From positions 46,998,001-47,062,000 of the forward strand of contig NC_045707.1 in the NCBI RefSeq assembly GCF_009834535.1: 64,000 nt of DNA, read 5' to 3'. Within the stretch, counting starts at the first letter, position 1. Every line of letters starts with the position of its first letter. The DNA is from Camelus ferus (taxonomy: Eukaryota). Below, one piece after another: positions 38,149 to 52,100 of the stretch. Both the position numbers and the translations under genes were made by a program. The notes under the pieces are model-generated. The model made no database searches. It saw only the letters and a program-made list of their open reading frames with translations, and was not told the DNA's origin.

Positions 38149-38400
38149 CTGCGCGGACTGCAGAGGGGTTGCCTTGGCCAGTGCGCTCTTGTGGTCCTGG
38201 GTGGCCGGTCTCGGTGTTCGCAGTCCGGAGAGCGCTCGGCTCTGCTATTTGCCGCAGAGCTGGCGCCCGAGGACCGGGAATGCGGAAAGATCCCGGCTTT
38301 TCTTCCCTGCTCGGAGACCCCCACCTCCTCCCACCTGGTTGGAGGCCACCTGGCCTCAGTTGAAACTCATTTTCTTGCCTGCACGTTCGCCCCCGAAATG
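38149..38400 (-). other. SOCS2: Candidate distal non-coding first exon of SOCS2
   Basis: Consensus donor CAG|GTGAGT after 38149 near the distal island edge; TSS not determinable. Confidence 0.6.
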
Positions 38401-39829
38401 TGACCGACTTTAAATGTGACCTACTTTTTAAAACTATTAACACTTACGGGGAAACCGGATCCAAAATTTCGATAACCATTTTTCTTTTAAATACTATTCT
38501 ATTGCATCACTACTCAAAAGCTTGAAAGGTCAATGGCCACTTTTAGTTGAAGCGTTGGCTATGGGGAAGTTGGGCGAGGAAGGAGGAGGGGACTTGGGGG
38601 ACGCGCGGCTCACAAACCGTGCTTGGTGCCCCCCCTGCTGGCTCTCCAAGGAAACGTAAACCAGCTCCCAGCCTTCCAGCAGGGAGTCCTGAGCAAATCG
38701 GTTTTCTCAATAATTTGCCTGGTTTTGAGTAAATAACTATGCAAACGGTAGATTAGCCGGAGGTGGGGTGGGGGCTGACATTTCCCAGCTAACAAAGCGT
38801 TTTGTCAACGATGGAGTCGCGTGCACGGAATGTTTTGTTTCTTACACTCTGACATGGAGGACGGAGCTAACTAAACCCTAGTTGAAACTCTCTGTAAAGG
38901 AGCTGAATAATTTCGCACAAGTCGTTTACCATGCTTGGATCCTGAGCCTTTTCTATGAAATTAAGGGGCAGGACTTTCTTTGGTTCTGGGAGAGGGACTG
39001 GGATGAGTGAACAAATAAGATTACATGTGGAGTCTGCGTGTAGTCCAGAATCTTTAAGAACCACATCTACTAGCGTTCACTGTGCTCTAAATTATTCCAT
39101 ACAGCTTCTCCTTCCTTGGCAGAGAATCGCTGAAGAAGTGTATACCCACTTTACTGCAGTTTAAGTTAAAATATTTATTTTTAATTTTACAAAGATAAAG
39201 TAATTCTAATCATCAGTTGAAATGAATCTGCCAGCATCCCTTCTTAAATGTGCTTTCCTGTTGGCTCCTAAAGGTCTTTGCTCACACCCTACCGTCTTCC
39301 TGGAGTGCTCCTCCCCAGACTGGGTGCATGGCAGACTTTCATCATTCTTGGCCCAGCTCAAAGTCACTTCCACAGAGTCACTGTCCACAAAAATTACAAT
39401 AAGCACAATGCTGGCTATACAGGCACCAAACTTTGTACCAAAGCAGGATTTTCGACTTCTGTTTCTGAAATGTTTCTCAGCAATGCCCAGCATGTTGTTG
39501 ACTTTTAATCTCCAAGAAACACATATGGGAGTCACTTAGGAAAATGTTTATGGGATCATGTTAAGTGGAAAAAAAAAAGTAGAATATGAAATTGTATTGA
39601 CACTAAGATTTCAACTATATAAAATAATGCATGTGGGCAAAAATATAATGTGGAGAAATGAAAGCAGCTGTTTTTAAGGTAAGAAGATATGAGTGAATTT
39701 TTAAGTTTGACTTTCCGAAATTTCTGATGTAGTCTCTGTTGTCCCATAATTGCATGTGGGTGTCTTCACTTAGTCTAAGGGGGTAGGGTGTAGTTTGTAG
39801 AACTGTCAGACCGCTCTTCCGAACCCTGG

Positions 39830-40602
39830 ACACAACATTACCCTTCAAATGTCTAAGCATCTCCAGTTTGATAGGGCCCAAACTGAGACCTGGATGACCC
39901 ATCCGTCCTTTAAAAATAAAACAAAAATAAAGCTAACCCTCCTGAATCCTTCCCCATCTCTGAAGATGTCAATTCCTATCTTCACTTGCTCTGGCCAACA
40001 GCCTTAGAGTCATCCTTGACTGCTCATTCCCACACACCCACATCCCACCTGTGGGCTAATCTTTTGACTTTCATTTCACAATAAACCCAGGATGGAAGCA
40101 CTTGCCACCATCTCCACCTCACACCAGTGCAAGCCACGTCCATTTGTAGCTGACTTACTGCTGCAGCCTCCCTCCTGGCCTCCTTGCCCCTCAGTATGCT
40201 CTTCTTGATAGTGTAGTAAGAGGGATCCTGTTTAAACTAAGTCATTCCGCATCCCTCCTCTGCTCTGCCCCAAATGTCTGCATTGTACCAGAGGAAAAGA
40301 CAAAACCCTAATAGCCACTCACAAGACATTAGAAGATCTGGTCCCAATTCCCTCTCTGATCTCACCTCCTCCTGCTCTGTTCCTTCATCATTCTGCTCAA
40401 GTCACAGTGGACTCCTTGCTATTCGTAGAACATCCTACCATTGCTCCTTCCTCGGAGCCTTGTCTTTGCTCTTCCCTCTACCTATGATGCTCCTCCTCCA
40501 CATAATTACATGGTTTGCTCCCTCACTTCCTCAGATCTACATTCAGTGTCACCTTCTTAGTGAGACTTGCCTGATCACTCCATTCAGAATCCACCCTGCC
40601 AA

Positions 40603-40652
<50 letters not shown>

Positions 40653-40880
40653 TCTCTTTCCTCTGCGCTCTAGTTCTCTTACATGGATCACTACCTAACC
40701 TAGTTCCTGTTTTATTTATTGGTTGTTTCCTGTCTGTCTCCCGTACAAGAATATAAGTTTCATGAGGACATGTATTTGTCTTTGCATCATTTACAGCTTT
40801 ATGTCAGCACCTGGAATAGTTCCCAGCATGTAGTAGGCATTCCACATAATTGTAGAATGAATAGATGGATGGATGCTTTA
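39830..40880 (+). mobile_element. L2 fragment
   Basis: Pyrimidine-rich L2 body (GAGTCATCCTTGAC...) ending TAGTAGGCATT...GAATGAATAGATGG. Confidence 0.75.
40604..40649. repeat. (AC)23 microsatellite
   Basis: Perfect dinucleotide run. Confidence 0.97.
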
Positions 40881-41770
40881 GCAGAGTGGCTTTAAAGTTA
40901 AAATGGCCAGGCATGAATCCTCTCTGTCACCACTGGCTGTATGTGTGATCTTTGTCAAATTATTTAGCCTCTTATGAAGATAATAATGGAATTTATAGGG
41001 CTGTTGTGAGAATTAAGTGAGATAATCTATGAAAAGTGCTTTGTCACTTAGCAAATACTGAACATTATCTATTATTTCAACTCTCATCCTTTTACTGTCA
41101 GTGAGTTTGGATTTTTCTCCTGATGGGTAAGGCTATCTTATCTTTGCCTCTGTGAAACCCAACAGTCACCCTCTGGTCACTGCCCAAGAACTTCCTGTTA
41201 GTTGATTCCCTGGAGTTCACCTTCAGCTTCAAATTTATAGGATAAAAAAGTGATTGTTCCTAGATTTTCAGAAATACATGTTCAGCACGGCAGATGCAAG
41301 GCTGCAGTGGCTAACTGTCATTAGGGAGGGAAGGGAGAGTGATTTTCACAAAGCTGGACAGCTTCTTCTGTTGCCTGCATGGAAGAATGGCCAAGGCTTG
41401 GAAATCTCTATGTACCACACCCGGACTGGGCCTTCTTGCTTTAGCGATGCAGGTGTTCTAATACTGAGCTTCTGCTGAGTTGCATAGATTTTCAGGTTTT
41501 ATTTGGGGGCTAGGGGAGCTATAGGAAGACCCTTGGCTGTTGTGTCTGAAGCACCTATGGGTAGAAGTTACACTTTTAAGTGGCGACCATCCCTTCCTTT
41601 TAGAGTTTGCCATCTCACCACTGCCGCAACCACTACACATATACACACCACCACCTCCACCACACCACCATTCTGGAACCCACTCTTCTGGAGAGCATGT
41701 GACCCAGGCTAGCCAATAGGAGTACCCCATGCCCCTGGACACAAGAGTTTGTCCACTATCACAGCCTATG

Positions 41771-41806
<36 letters not shown>

Positions 41807-43419
41807 GATTTGATGTAAGTACTACAAGAGAAACAATCCCTTCCCTTCTGGGATGATGAGCAGTAATGACCATGTAAGCCCACTTTCCCACCACTTGGAG
41901 AGAGTGTGTCAAAGAACAAAGGCAACAGAGAAGAAAGCAAAGCTCAAGTCTGAGTGAAAGAGAGATTCCTGAGCACTTGAGTGAACATGTGCAGTAGTGC
42001 AGCTTCAGCTTCTCAGATACAGGAGCAAATGAGTTTATTTTTTTCCCACAGGGTTTGATTTGGGCTTCTGTAACTTGTAGTTGAAGACATTCTCATGGGG
42101 TGTAGTGGGCTGAGTGTGGAGGGATATACAGGAGGGAGTGAGATGAAGAACTGAGAAGACAAACTAGAGAGCTACCTTCTATGGTATCAGCATCTCTTAC
42201 TCTTCATCTGGTGCTTCTCAGTACCAATTCCTTTTTACAGTGTCCTACTTGCTCTAGTCCACCATTACTCCAGTGAGTGTAAGGTGGACACTCACCGGAG
42301 GAGAGAGAAAGAGGAGCAGGTGCTGCTGGGCCAGGGGTGAGGGGAGGGGAAGCTAGGCAGATGGCCGTCCCCTAGACTTCTGGGACTCAGGAACATGGTG
42401 GGTGGCTATGCCCTCCATCTTTCTACCCACAGAAGTGAAGGGGAATCATGTTCTAGGACAATAGTTGTCAATGTTAAGACACAGATTTCTTCCAGAAATT
42501 CTGGTAAAACCTATAGATCAGAGTTCACAAACCACTTGCCTATGGGTCATATTTGACCTCCCACCCCCATCCCCCCAGAATGTTATGGTTGGTCTGTCAG
42601 GTTTCTAAAAAAAAAAGAAGTGAACCAAATTAAAACCTGGATATTTTATCTCCCAAAAGATTTTTGCTTTCTCTTAATCAACCCTGAGATCTGTCAGTAC
42701 TGGGTTCCACTGTCATGATCTGAAGGCAGTGATCAGCTGCAGCTAAGTAGTGGCTGTTGCCTTTGGGAGGCACGTGCTCTTCCATTTACCACAGTCCTCA
42801 CTGTCCTCTGTGGATCCCCCACCATTAAACATCACCTGCCATTTGTCATCACCATTGCATTGTTGGTATTCTTGTGAAGTATTTCTCTGGCCCTAAGTCT
42901 TTACCAGAAGTGGGGAAGTCAAGGATAGAACCAAAAGACTGAACATTTCAAGACAAATGAGACAGAGCTTATTTCTCTGTGGAATCGAAGCACATTCCTT
43001 TCCTTAATGGGCAAAAGGTAGCTGAGTCCTCACACCTGACCCATTTCATTCTTCTATATTCCTACCTGGCCCTACAGATATATGCATGCAGGTTCTGTCT
43101 AAGACTTTCTCTGCAGAAAAAATGTTCTGGAGGGAGGCACAGATTTGGGGGGGTTAATTGACAACCTGAGGCCTGACTGTGAATCCCCAGGGGCCTGTTG
43201 ACCTCAAGTGAGAACCCTTGTCCTAGGAGGTGGATATTCTCCATTAAAGCACTCCTAAGAGGTAAAGGTCTGCTTCCAGCATCGTACAGGACTCTATTGA
43301 AATTGGTCTATATAGTCAGAGGATCACCAATCATAAGACTTTGGTGCCAGAAAGAACATTCTTTCACAAGGGCAGAATAATTTTATCTCTTTACTCCTCC
43401 CTCACGATGCCCTAATTTT

Positions 43420-43780
43420 CTAACTTCCTTGTTTCTCAAACACACCAAGCCTGCCTCAGGATCTTTGTACATTTTCTCTCTGAAATGCTCTTTCTCCAAT
43501 ATTCTCATGGCATTGTTCCCTCACCTTGCTTAGGTCTTTGCTCAGAGAGGCCTCCCTTTTCTTATCAGTGATTATTTCTTTCCTCTGCTTTATTTTTCAT
43601 CCCAGCACTCACCACTGCCTGATGATATAATTGTTTTTCATTTGTTATTTGTTTAATGTCTCTCTCCCACTGAAACTATAAGGGGGACTTTGTTGTATTC
43701 ACTACTGTATCTCCAATGCCTAAAATAGCTCCTGGCCCATAATAGCTGCCCAATATAAAGTTATTGAATGAATGAGCCAA
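43420..43780 (+). mobile_element. L2 3' fragment
   Basis: TTCACTACTGTATCTCCAATGCCTAAAATAG...TTATTGAATGAATGA. Confidence 0.7.
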
Positions 43781-46249
43781 TCGATCAAATGCATCTACAA
43801 GTTGGGGGAAATGAAACACTGGTACTCCTTTTTTTCTGGCCTGGATCCCTTTAACTATTTCATCTTCCCTGGCTAACTTGGGCTTTTCAGCTTAGTCTTT
43901 GGGTTAGCCTACAGACTCTGATTTACTACCAAGAGGAACTTTGGCTCTCCTTCATCTTTGGATTCTCCTTAATCTCCGTGAGCCTGACCTCACATCTGCA
44001 GTACCTAGTAGATAGCATGTGAAAGGCTCACCCACTCCACAAATATTCATGAGAGCTGAAAATGTTCCAAGCCTTGTGGACAAATGTAACTCAGCCTGGT
44101 CTTAGTGAGAGACACCATCAGCAAATCATTTTAACACAAGTTAAAAAGTCATGCAGAGATGCACAGAGTGATTTTGCAAACAACTGGGAAGCACCACTAC
44201 AACCACGTTGAGAAGTCCAGAAAGGCTTCATGGAAGAGGGGACCTTGATTAAGCCCCTTAACTCTCTGGATTCCTTTTTTCTCATGAAAAATTTGGATTC
44301 GATAAGCTGTTATGCTTCCTTCTCATTCAAATCACCTTTCAAGCTCTGTTCCACGACCTCCCAAAGAGCAGTTGATGGTGTTATTAGACCTAAGCCTGGG
44401 CAGCTTCTAGGTATGTTTGATTTTCCAGAGGAGTTCACAAAGGTCAAGGCCTGGTGTGATGATGTGGTCAGCAGAACAGGCAGAAGAAATACCTATTAGT
44501 AAATAACAAACACCATTCCCAGCTTAGTCATGGAATTCTGAGAAGTCGCAGCACCCAGTGAACCAACCTGGACATTGGCAATCATGGGTGATACTAACTT
44601 TAACCAAAGGCATGTGGCAGAGCTACAAAAGGCAACCTCTAAACATACAAACAGCAGCCACCTCCTCAAGCCACAGGACAACCTCTATCTACATCTCATG
44701 CTGATCACACATACAGGATTTTCTGCTGTCCTAGCATATTAAATTATAATAATCATGCCCTACCATAAAGGAAAGCAATATAATATCATCAATTTGCCTT
44801 TATATGATGGTTTTAATCTCTCTTCACCAATACATTATAGCATATACCTGATTTTATTCCTATAATAACGCACGGACAATGGTAGGAAAAAAATCTACTT
44901 TACTTGTAAGTAAATTAAACCAAAGTAGATTCAGTAGGTTATTCTGTACCTGTAAACAAATTGTCCTTAGGAAAGTATAGGGTTTAGTATGAACAAAGAA
45001 AACATTTTAAGTGGAAAAGTAGTATGGAGGGTAAGTTTGCTTTTAAAATAGGCCATTCAAATCAATGAAAGTGCTATTCTAACCAATGCGGCTGTCACAT
45101 TTTTAAAGGTTATTTACAATTTCAGCATAGGCTAGGGATAAGGAATTCAGGGGAAAAGTTGGGTTCTTTCTGTGTTGTTTTAAAATAATCCCTATCAAGA
45201 AATTGTTACATTTCAGTATGTGCCAATAACCCCAAAATAAACCCTAATGCCTTGCTTCTTATAAAGTACTAAAAAAACTATTTAGAAATACTCTGTGAAC
45301 ATCATGCTGATAAATCCAGCCATTAATCCCTTTGGCTCTTCCAATGCTTGTTGAGAAGGAGATTTTTATTGCAATTTCCCCTGTCCCTTTTATTTCCCCC
45401 TCCATTTTTAAAACCAATACTTAAAAGAGGCAGATTTGTCTGACAAAGTCATCAGGCAAATCCTTGTCTTTAATGACATAATATTTTTAGCCAAGGTCTA
45501 CAGTACCTTCCATTCTGCTACAGCCACCAAATTTCCCCTGCCACATATTCATTGCCAGTCAGATTAATTGTATTGTAATCTGTTAATCCTAGCCATTAAA
45601 TGGACAAAAATAAAGATGGCATAGTAAAAATGACACAATAAAAGAAAGTGGTATGAATAAACAAACATCACTGATAGCAACTAGGAAATCAGAAGACAAT
45701 AATAATATGCGAACATTTCACACAAAGACCACCACAAAAGAACAGGACACCAGCTACCAAAACCCACTCAAAGAGAAATGGATAACCTCTATAGACTTAT
45801 TTCTATTAAAGAAATAGATTCCAGATTCAGAAGGCTTTACTAGTGAATTTTACCAATACTTAGTGAAGAAATAACATCTATTCTACATAAACTTTTCCCA
45901 AAAAAAATAAGTAGGAACATTTCACAACTGATTTTAGGAGGCCAGCATTATCTAGATACCAAACCTAGATAAGATAGAAAACTATAAACCAACATCTCTG
46001 ATGAGCATAGTCACAAAATATTAGCAAATTGAACCCAGAAATCTACAAAAAGGATAATATATCATGATCCACTTGGGTGTATTCCAGAGAGGCAAAATTG
46101 GTTCAACATTCAAAATCAACCAGTAAAATTTATAATCTCAACATCTCAAAAATAGAAAAATCATATAAGTATCTCAATACATGTTTTTAAAAAAAGGCAT
46201 TTATAAAATTCAACATCTATTCATCATAAAAACTTTCAGCAAATTTGGA

Positions 46250-47624
46250 CAAACTTTTGGTCAACTAATCTTCGACAAAGGAGGCAAGAATATACAATGG
46301 AATAAAGACAGTCTCTTCAGCAAGTGGTGTTGGGAAAACTGGACAGCATCATGTAAATCAGTGAAGCTAGAACACTCCCTTATACCATACACAAAAATAA
46401 ACTCAAAATGGATCAAAGACTTAAACATAAGACAAGATACAATAAACCTCCTAGAAGAAAATATAGGCAAAACATTATCTCACATACATCTCAAAAATGT
46501 TCTCCTAGAGCAGTCTACCCAAGCCATAGAAATAAAAGCAAGAATAAACAAATGGTACCTAATGAAACTTAAAGCTAATGCACAACAAAGGAAAACATAA
46601 GTAAAACAAAAAGACAACATACAGAATGGGAAAAAAATTTTTGCAAATGAAACTGACAAAGGCTTGATCTCCAGAATATATAAGCAGCTCATACGACTCA
46701 ACAAGAAAAAAAAAAAAAAACAACCCAATCCAAAAACGGGCAGAAGACCTAAACAAGCAATTCTCTAAGGAAGACATACAAATGATCAATAGACACATGA
46801 AAAAATGCTCAATATCACTAATTATCAGAGAAATGCAAATCAAAACTACAATGAGGTATCACCTCACACCAGTCAGAATGGCCATCATTCAAAAGTCCAT
46901 AAATGACAAATGCTGGAGAGGCTGTGGAGAAAAGGGAACCCTCCTACATTGCTGGTGGGAATGCAGGTTGGTGCAGCCACTGTGGAAAACAGTATGGAGA
47001 TTCCTCAAAAGACTAGTGATAGACTTACCATATGACCCAGGAATCCTGCTCCTGGGCATATATCAAGAAGGAACCCTACTTCAAAATGACACCTACACCC
47101 CAATGTTCATAGCAGCACTACTTACAATAGCCAAGACATGGAAATAGTCTAAACGTCCATCAACAGATGCCTGGATAAAGAAGATGTGGTATATTTATAC
47201 AATGGAATACTATTCAGCCATAAAAACCGACAACATAATGCCATTTGCAGCAACATGAATGTTCCTGGAGAATGTCATTCTAAGTGAAGTAAGCCAGAAA
47301 GAGAAAGAAAAGTACCATATGAGATCACTCATATGTGGAATCTAAAAAACAAAACAAACAAACAAAACATAAATACAGATCAGAAACAGATTCATAGACA
47401 TAGAATACAAACTTGTGGTTGCCAAGGGGGTGGGGGGTGGGGGGTGGGAAGGGATAGACAGGGATTTCAAAATTGTAGAATAGATAAACAAGATTATAAT
47501 GTATAGCACAGGGAAATATATACAAGATCTTATGGTAGCTCACAGAGAAAAAAGTGTGACAATGAATATATATATATGTTCATGTATAACTGAAAAATTG
47601 TGCTCTACACTGGAAAAAAAAAAA
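46250..47624 (+). mobile_element. Younger L1 (ORF2 C-terminus + 3' UTR), 5'-truncated, nested in an older L1
   Basis: ORF track gives L1 ORF2 peptides GQLIFDKGGKNIQWNKDSLFSKWCWENW and [30 protein letters not shown]...[18 protein letters not shown]; frameshifted; G-rich 3' UTR. Confidence 0.93.
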
Positions 47625-49038
47625 GAAAGAAAGAAACTTTCTCAATCTGGCAAACCTCATCTGCCAAAGAAAAAAAAAGCTAATATCATTCTTAATGGTA
47701 AAAGATTGAATACTTTGTCCCTAAGATTAGGAAAAAAGCAAGAATGTCCACTTTTACAACTTCTTTTCACCATTATATTGGAGGTCATAAGTAGTGCAAT
47801 AAGACAAGAAAATAAATAAAAGTCTATAGATTGTAAAGGAAGAAGTAAAAATGCGAAATAAAATCATCTACACGGAATATTCTAAGGAGTCAACAATACA
47901 AATAGCTATGACAACAAATATGCAAGTTTAGCTAGGTTTCAGGATACAAGGTCAATATAAAAAATAAGTTGCTTTTCTATTTAATAGCAACAAACTATTG
48001 GAAATTGAAAATGCTAAAAACACCATTTACAATAGATTAAAAACATGAAATATTTAGAGATAAATATAATCAAATATGTGCAAGACATGTACATTGAAAA
48101 AATTTAATGCTGAGAGAAATTAAGGAAGAATTAAACAAATCAAGAGACAAATCATGCTCATGGATGGGAAGAGTCAATATTGTTAAGATGCCAGTTCTTC
48201 CCTAACTGATCTATAGCTCAACAGCCTCAACAGCTTATTTTGTTGTTTGAGAAATCAACAAACTGAATCTAAACTTTATTTGGAAATGAAAAGGATCTAG
48301 AAATGATTTTTGAAAAGAGAATAACAAAGTTGGAGGAGTTGAGTTACAGTTGAAATCTGATTTCAAGATTTACTTTAAAGCTACAGAATCAAGACAATGC
48401 ATATATCTCAAGATAGACATATAGATCAAAGGAATAGACTAGAGAGTCCAGAAGTAGATCCACCAAAATATAGTCAACTGATTTTCAACAAAAGCACCCA
48501 GGTAATTCAATGGAGAAAAGACAGTTTTTCAACAAATGGTGCTGGACATCCACATATCTTAAAAAAAAAAAAAAGGAACTTTGACTTTTACTTCAGCCAT
48601 ACTCAAAAATTAACTTGAAATGAATCATAGACCTAAATGTTAAGAGACCAAACTATAAAAGTTCTGAGAAAATATAGGAGAAAACCTTGTTATCTCGAGT
48701 TAATCAAAGGTTTCTTAGGACACAAACATCACAAAATAAAAAATTAATACATTAAGCACCATCAAAATTTAACATTTCTGCTCTTCAAAAGACAATGTTA
48801 TGTGAATATCTCTCAATAAAGCTGGTATAAAAAATAATGTTAAGAAAATGTTTTAAAAGCCACAGAATTGGAAAATTATTAGACAATGCTATATCTGATA
48901 AGGGACTTTTATCCAGAATACTTATAAAAAATAATAAGAAGAATATTGAAGAATATTTAAAAATCCAACTAAAAAGTTTAAACAGACACTTTCATCAAAG
49001 AATATAAACCAATGGCAATAAAAAGTGCTAATTTGAGT

Positions 49039-49167
49039 GCATGCCTAGCATGCACGAGGTCCTGCATTCAATCCCCAGTACCTCCATTAAGGAAATAAGT
49101 AAATAAATAAACCTAATTACCTCCTCCACAAAAAAATTTAAAATAAATTAAAAAATGTTTTAAAAGA
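49039..49167 (+). mobile_element. 5'-truncated tRNA-derived camelid-type SINE nested in L1
   Basis: GCATGCCTAGCATGCACGAGGTCCTGCATTCAATCCCCAGTACCTCC plus an A-rich tail; TSD TGCTAATTTGAGT at 49026-49038 and 49168-49180. Confidence 0.85.
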
Positions 49168-52100
49168 TGCTAATTTGAGTTTAGGAAAATATAAATTAAA
49201 ACATGCATATCAACATACAAGCACACCCACTAAAATGTCTAAAATTTTTTAAATTGACATGACCAAACACTGGTGAGCATACAAAGCAACTGAAACTCTC
49301 TTATTTATAACAATTTGATTCATAATATCTAAAGACTAGAAACAACCCAAATGTTTACCAATAGATGAATACATAAACAAATTGTGGTACACCCAGACTG
49401 TTGAATAATACTCAGCAATAAAAAAAGAACAAATTATGGACACATGCAACAATATGAATTCATCACAAAAGCAATATGCTAAGTATGAGAAGCCTGACAC
49501 AAAAGGCTACATATTACAGGATTCCATTTACATGGAATCAGATGTGGCCTGGAAATGGGGGTGAGTGAGGAGGGTGACTGCAAAAAAGCAAGGAGAGGAC
49601 ATTTGGAGTTGATAGAAATGTCCTATATCTTTAATTAAGGCAGTAGTTGCATGAGTGTACACAATCAACGAAATTCATTGAACAATACACTGTAAAGAGG
49701 TAAATTTTATTTTATGTAAATTATTCTCCAATAAACCTGACTCTTAAAAAGGTAAAACCAGAAAAGAACTGCCTCAAAGGAGGACAATAAAAGGGGAGAA
49801 AGTTGAAATTCTACATTTCTCAGACGTCAACGTACATGGAAGTTTCCATCAGTCGCATCACTGAATAACCTTCCTTTCCTCTAACCGGTATTTTGGCGTT
49901 TGTATGGTTCTCACTCTGGGAAGACAAATAAAAGAGGTAAGGGTGATTTTTTTTTTTATCCCTACAACTAAAAGGTCTAGACACACCTCCCCACTTCAGG
50001 TTATTCAAAAAAGAGAATCACTCAGGTTCAGTGAAATTACAGATTAAGAGAAGATACTTTTATCTTTATTTCTAAAAACTTGTTTAAAAATAACTTTCAT
50101 ACTAGATCTTAAATGTTCTTACTCCAAAAAAGGAATGATAATTATGTGATGGTGTGATAATCATGTTGCAATATATAAATGTATCAAATCATGTTATACC
50201 TTAAACTTAAATAATGTTATATGTCAATTATATTTCAATTTCAAAAAAATATAAAGAAATTATAAACAAAAATAGCACTCTTACATTTCCCCAGAGGGAT
50301 TGAAGATATTTGACACACATGCATTTTTAGCTTATGATAGCTCTGTGGGTGAGTAGAAACGCAGGTAGAGCAAGATGCTGTCGAACTGAACAGTTTTGCC
50401 CCAGAGGGAGATATGGCTGGATTTACATGTTGCAGAGATCACTCTGACAGTCAGGGAATGAAACTGAATTTGATCAGGGCAAAGCAAGATAGATAGACAG
50501 GGTTGTTGAAAAGAACCCTTAAAACCTACACATAGGGCAATTAGAGGTAACAGAGGTGGCAGCTCAGCTGGGACTTGGCCATTGGCTGAATGTGAGGAAT
50601 GAGTGTGAGAAAATGGCACTGGGAATTACAGTAAGGTTCTGACTTGGTGGGGGATGTTGTTACACCAAAAGAATGTGGGCAGAGAGGTGAGAGGGCATGC
50701 TTGGAAAAAAAGAAGTGTTCCTGTGTGGCACTGGTCCATGCTGACCTGGGCCTTTCATCGTGGCTTTTTCTGTAAGCCCTTCCTTCTCTGCCACAGGCCC
50801 TTCCTCTCTATCCTCACATTATATTAAATAAATAATAAAAACAATAAAGTATCTATTTCATGTTCATCTGCCCCAATTAACTGGGAGCTGCCCAAAGGCA
50901 GGAACTTTATCTTCTCCATTTCTGATCAAGTCCCATTTCCTCACCCTGCTCCCCAGGCTGTCTGATGTCCCTCCTGTGTCCTCCTTTTCTCTGCTGAGCC
51001 ACTCCTCTCTCACCTGCTGACTCGACATTGCTAGTCCCTCTGGTTGGAATGTCCCTCTCCCTCCCCCTCCCCCCAGTCCCTCCTATTCCTGCAAATCTCT
51101 TCATCATTCTTCAGGTCTCAGCTAAGCCATCTTTTCCCTTTAAGAAATGTTCAATAATCCCCCGAATCTGGCAGTGGGGCCCCTCCTGAATTTTCCACAG
51201 CACCTCTATTTCTGGCTATATTAACACCCACCTCTATGTTAAAATTGCTTGCTTTCCCTGTTAGCCTGTAAGTTTCACAAGTCCAAAGACTGTAGCTGGC
51301 TTATCCACTATGGTTGCTGTAGTAGTAATATTTATATTAATCCTATCATAATATGGGTTAATGTTTATTAGGTACTTAATATCTACCAGGCATCCCTCTA
51401 AGTGTTTTGATACATTAACTCATTTAGACCTTATGACAACCTTTAAAGGTAAGCCCTATTATTATCACCTTTTACAGGTTAGGGAACTAAAATATCGAGA
51501 GGGAAGTTTACTTGCTTGAGGTCAACATAATAAGAAGAGTATTAACAAGCGATGGCGACAGCTATTTATCTCGTGCTCCCTAGCTCCTCACCTGCTGCTG
51601 TCAAAGATGTTCCTTAAATGTTTGCAGAACTGATTTGAGGTAAGGAGGTTGTACTCGAGCTGGCACCTTGTGTCTGGCAGAGGAGAGGGCAGACTAGGCA
51701 AAACTCATAAACATCTGGCACCTATGCCAGGCTTAACAATCGGGACACAGTGGTGAAAACACTCCCCAGCACAGCTGAATTAAGGCCATGAAGGGGCTCC
51801 TGCCAATCAGAACAGCAACAGGAGATTTTATCATTCATTTTATTTCCAAGGGACATACTCTAGACACAACCCTAGAATCCCACTTCCTGGTTTCTTTATC
51901 TCACCCTGTGCCTACTTGTGACCCAGTCACCCTCCCACTTCCTCCTAAAATGATTCCATACCCCATCCTCACCTCAGAGTATCTCTCTCTTGTGGGTGTG
52001 TGTGCCATGTCCTATGACGACATCCTGGGTAGATACAAGGATAGGACACACCACTGTGAATAATGGAGGTGCCCCTGATGGAGTGGTTCATTCTGCATGG

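Larger units (their letters stand above)
34740..38640. promoter_or_regulatory. CpG island spanning SOCS2 promoters and 5' exons
   Basis: GC-rich and CpG-dense against a CpG-depleted background; GC boxes such as GGGGCGGAGC at ~37087 and ~36411. Confidence 0.92.
45760..49745 (+). mobile_element. Old degraded L1 (L1M-type) ORF2 to 3' UTR, interrupted by a younger L1 and a SINE
   Basis: ORF2 remnants (LRLGKKQECPLLQLLFTIILEV, DRHIDQRNRLESPE) continue across the insertion; L1M-type 3' end at ~49400-49740. Confidence 0.88.

Noticed and set aside
34686..38443. Many 100-190 aa ORFs on both strands in the CpG island
   Set aside because: Low-complexity Arg/Pro/Gly/Ala translations are expected from stop-poor GC-rich DNA; no recognisable domains apart from the SOCS2 exon.
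37000..45700. SOCS2-AS1-like antisense lncRNA on the + strand
   Set aside because: Expected by analogy with human, but I cannot define exons or a TSS from sequence alone.
46181..47147. L1 ORF2-like ORFs as a functional gene
   Set aside because: 5'-truncated and frameshifted; no endonuclease or RT core in an intact frame.
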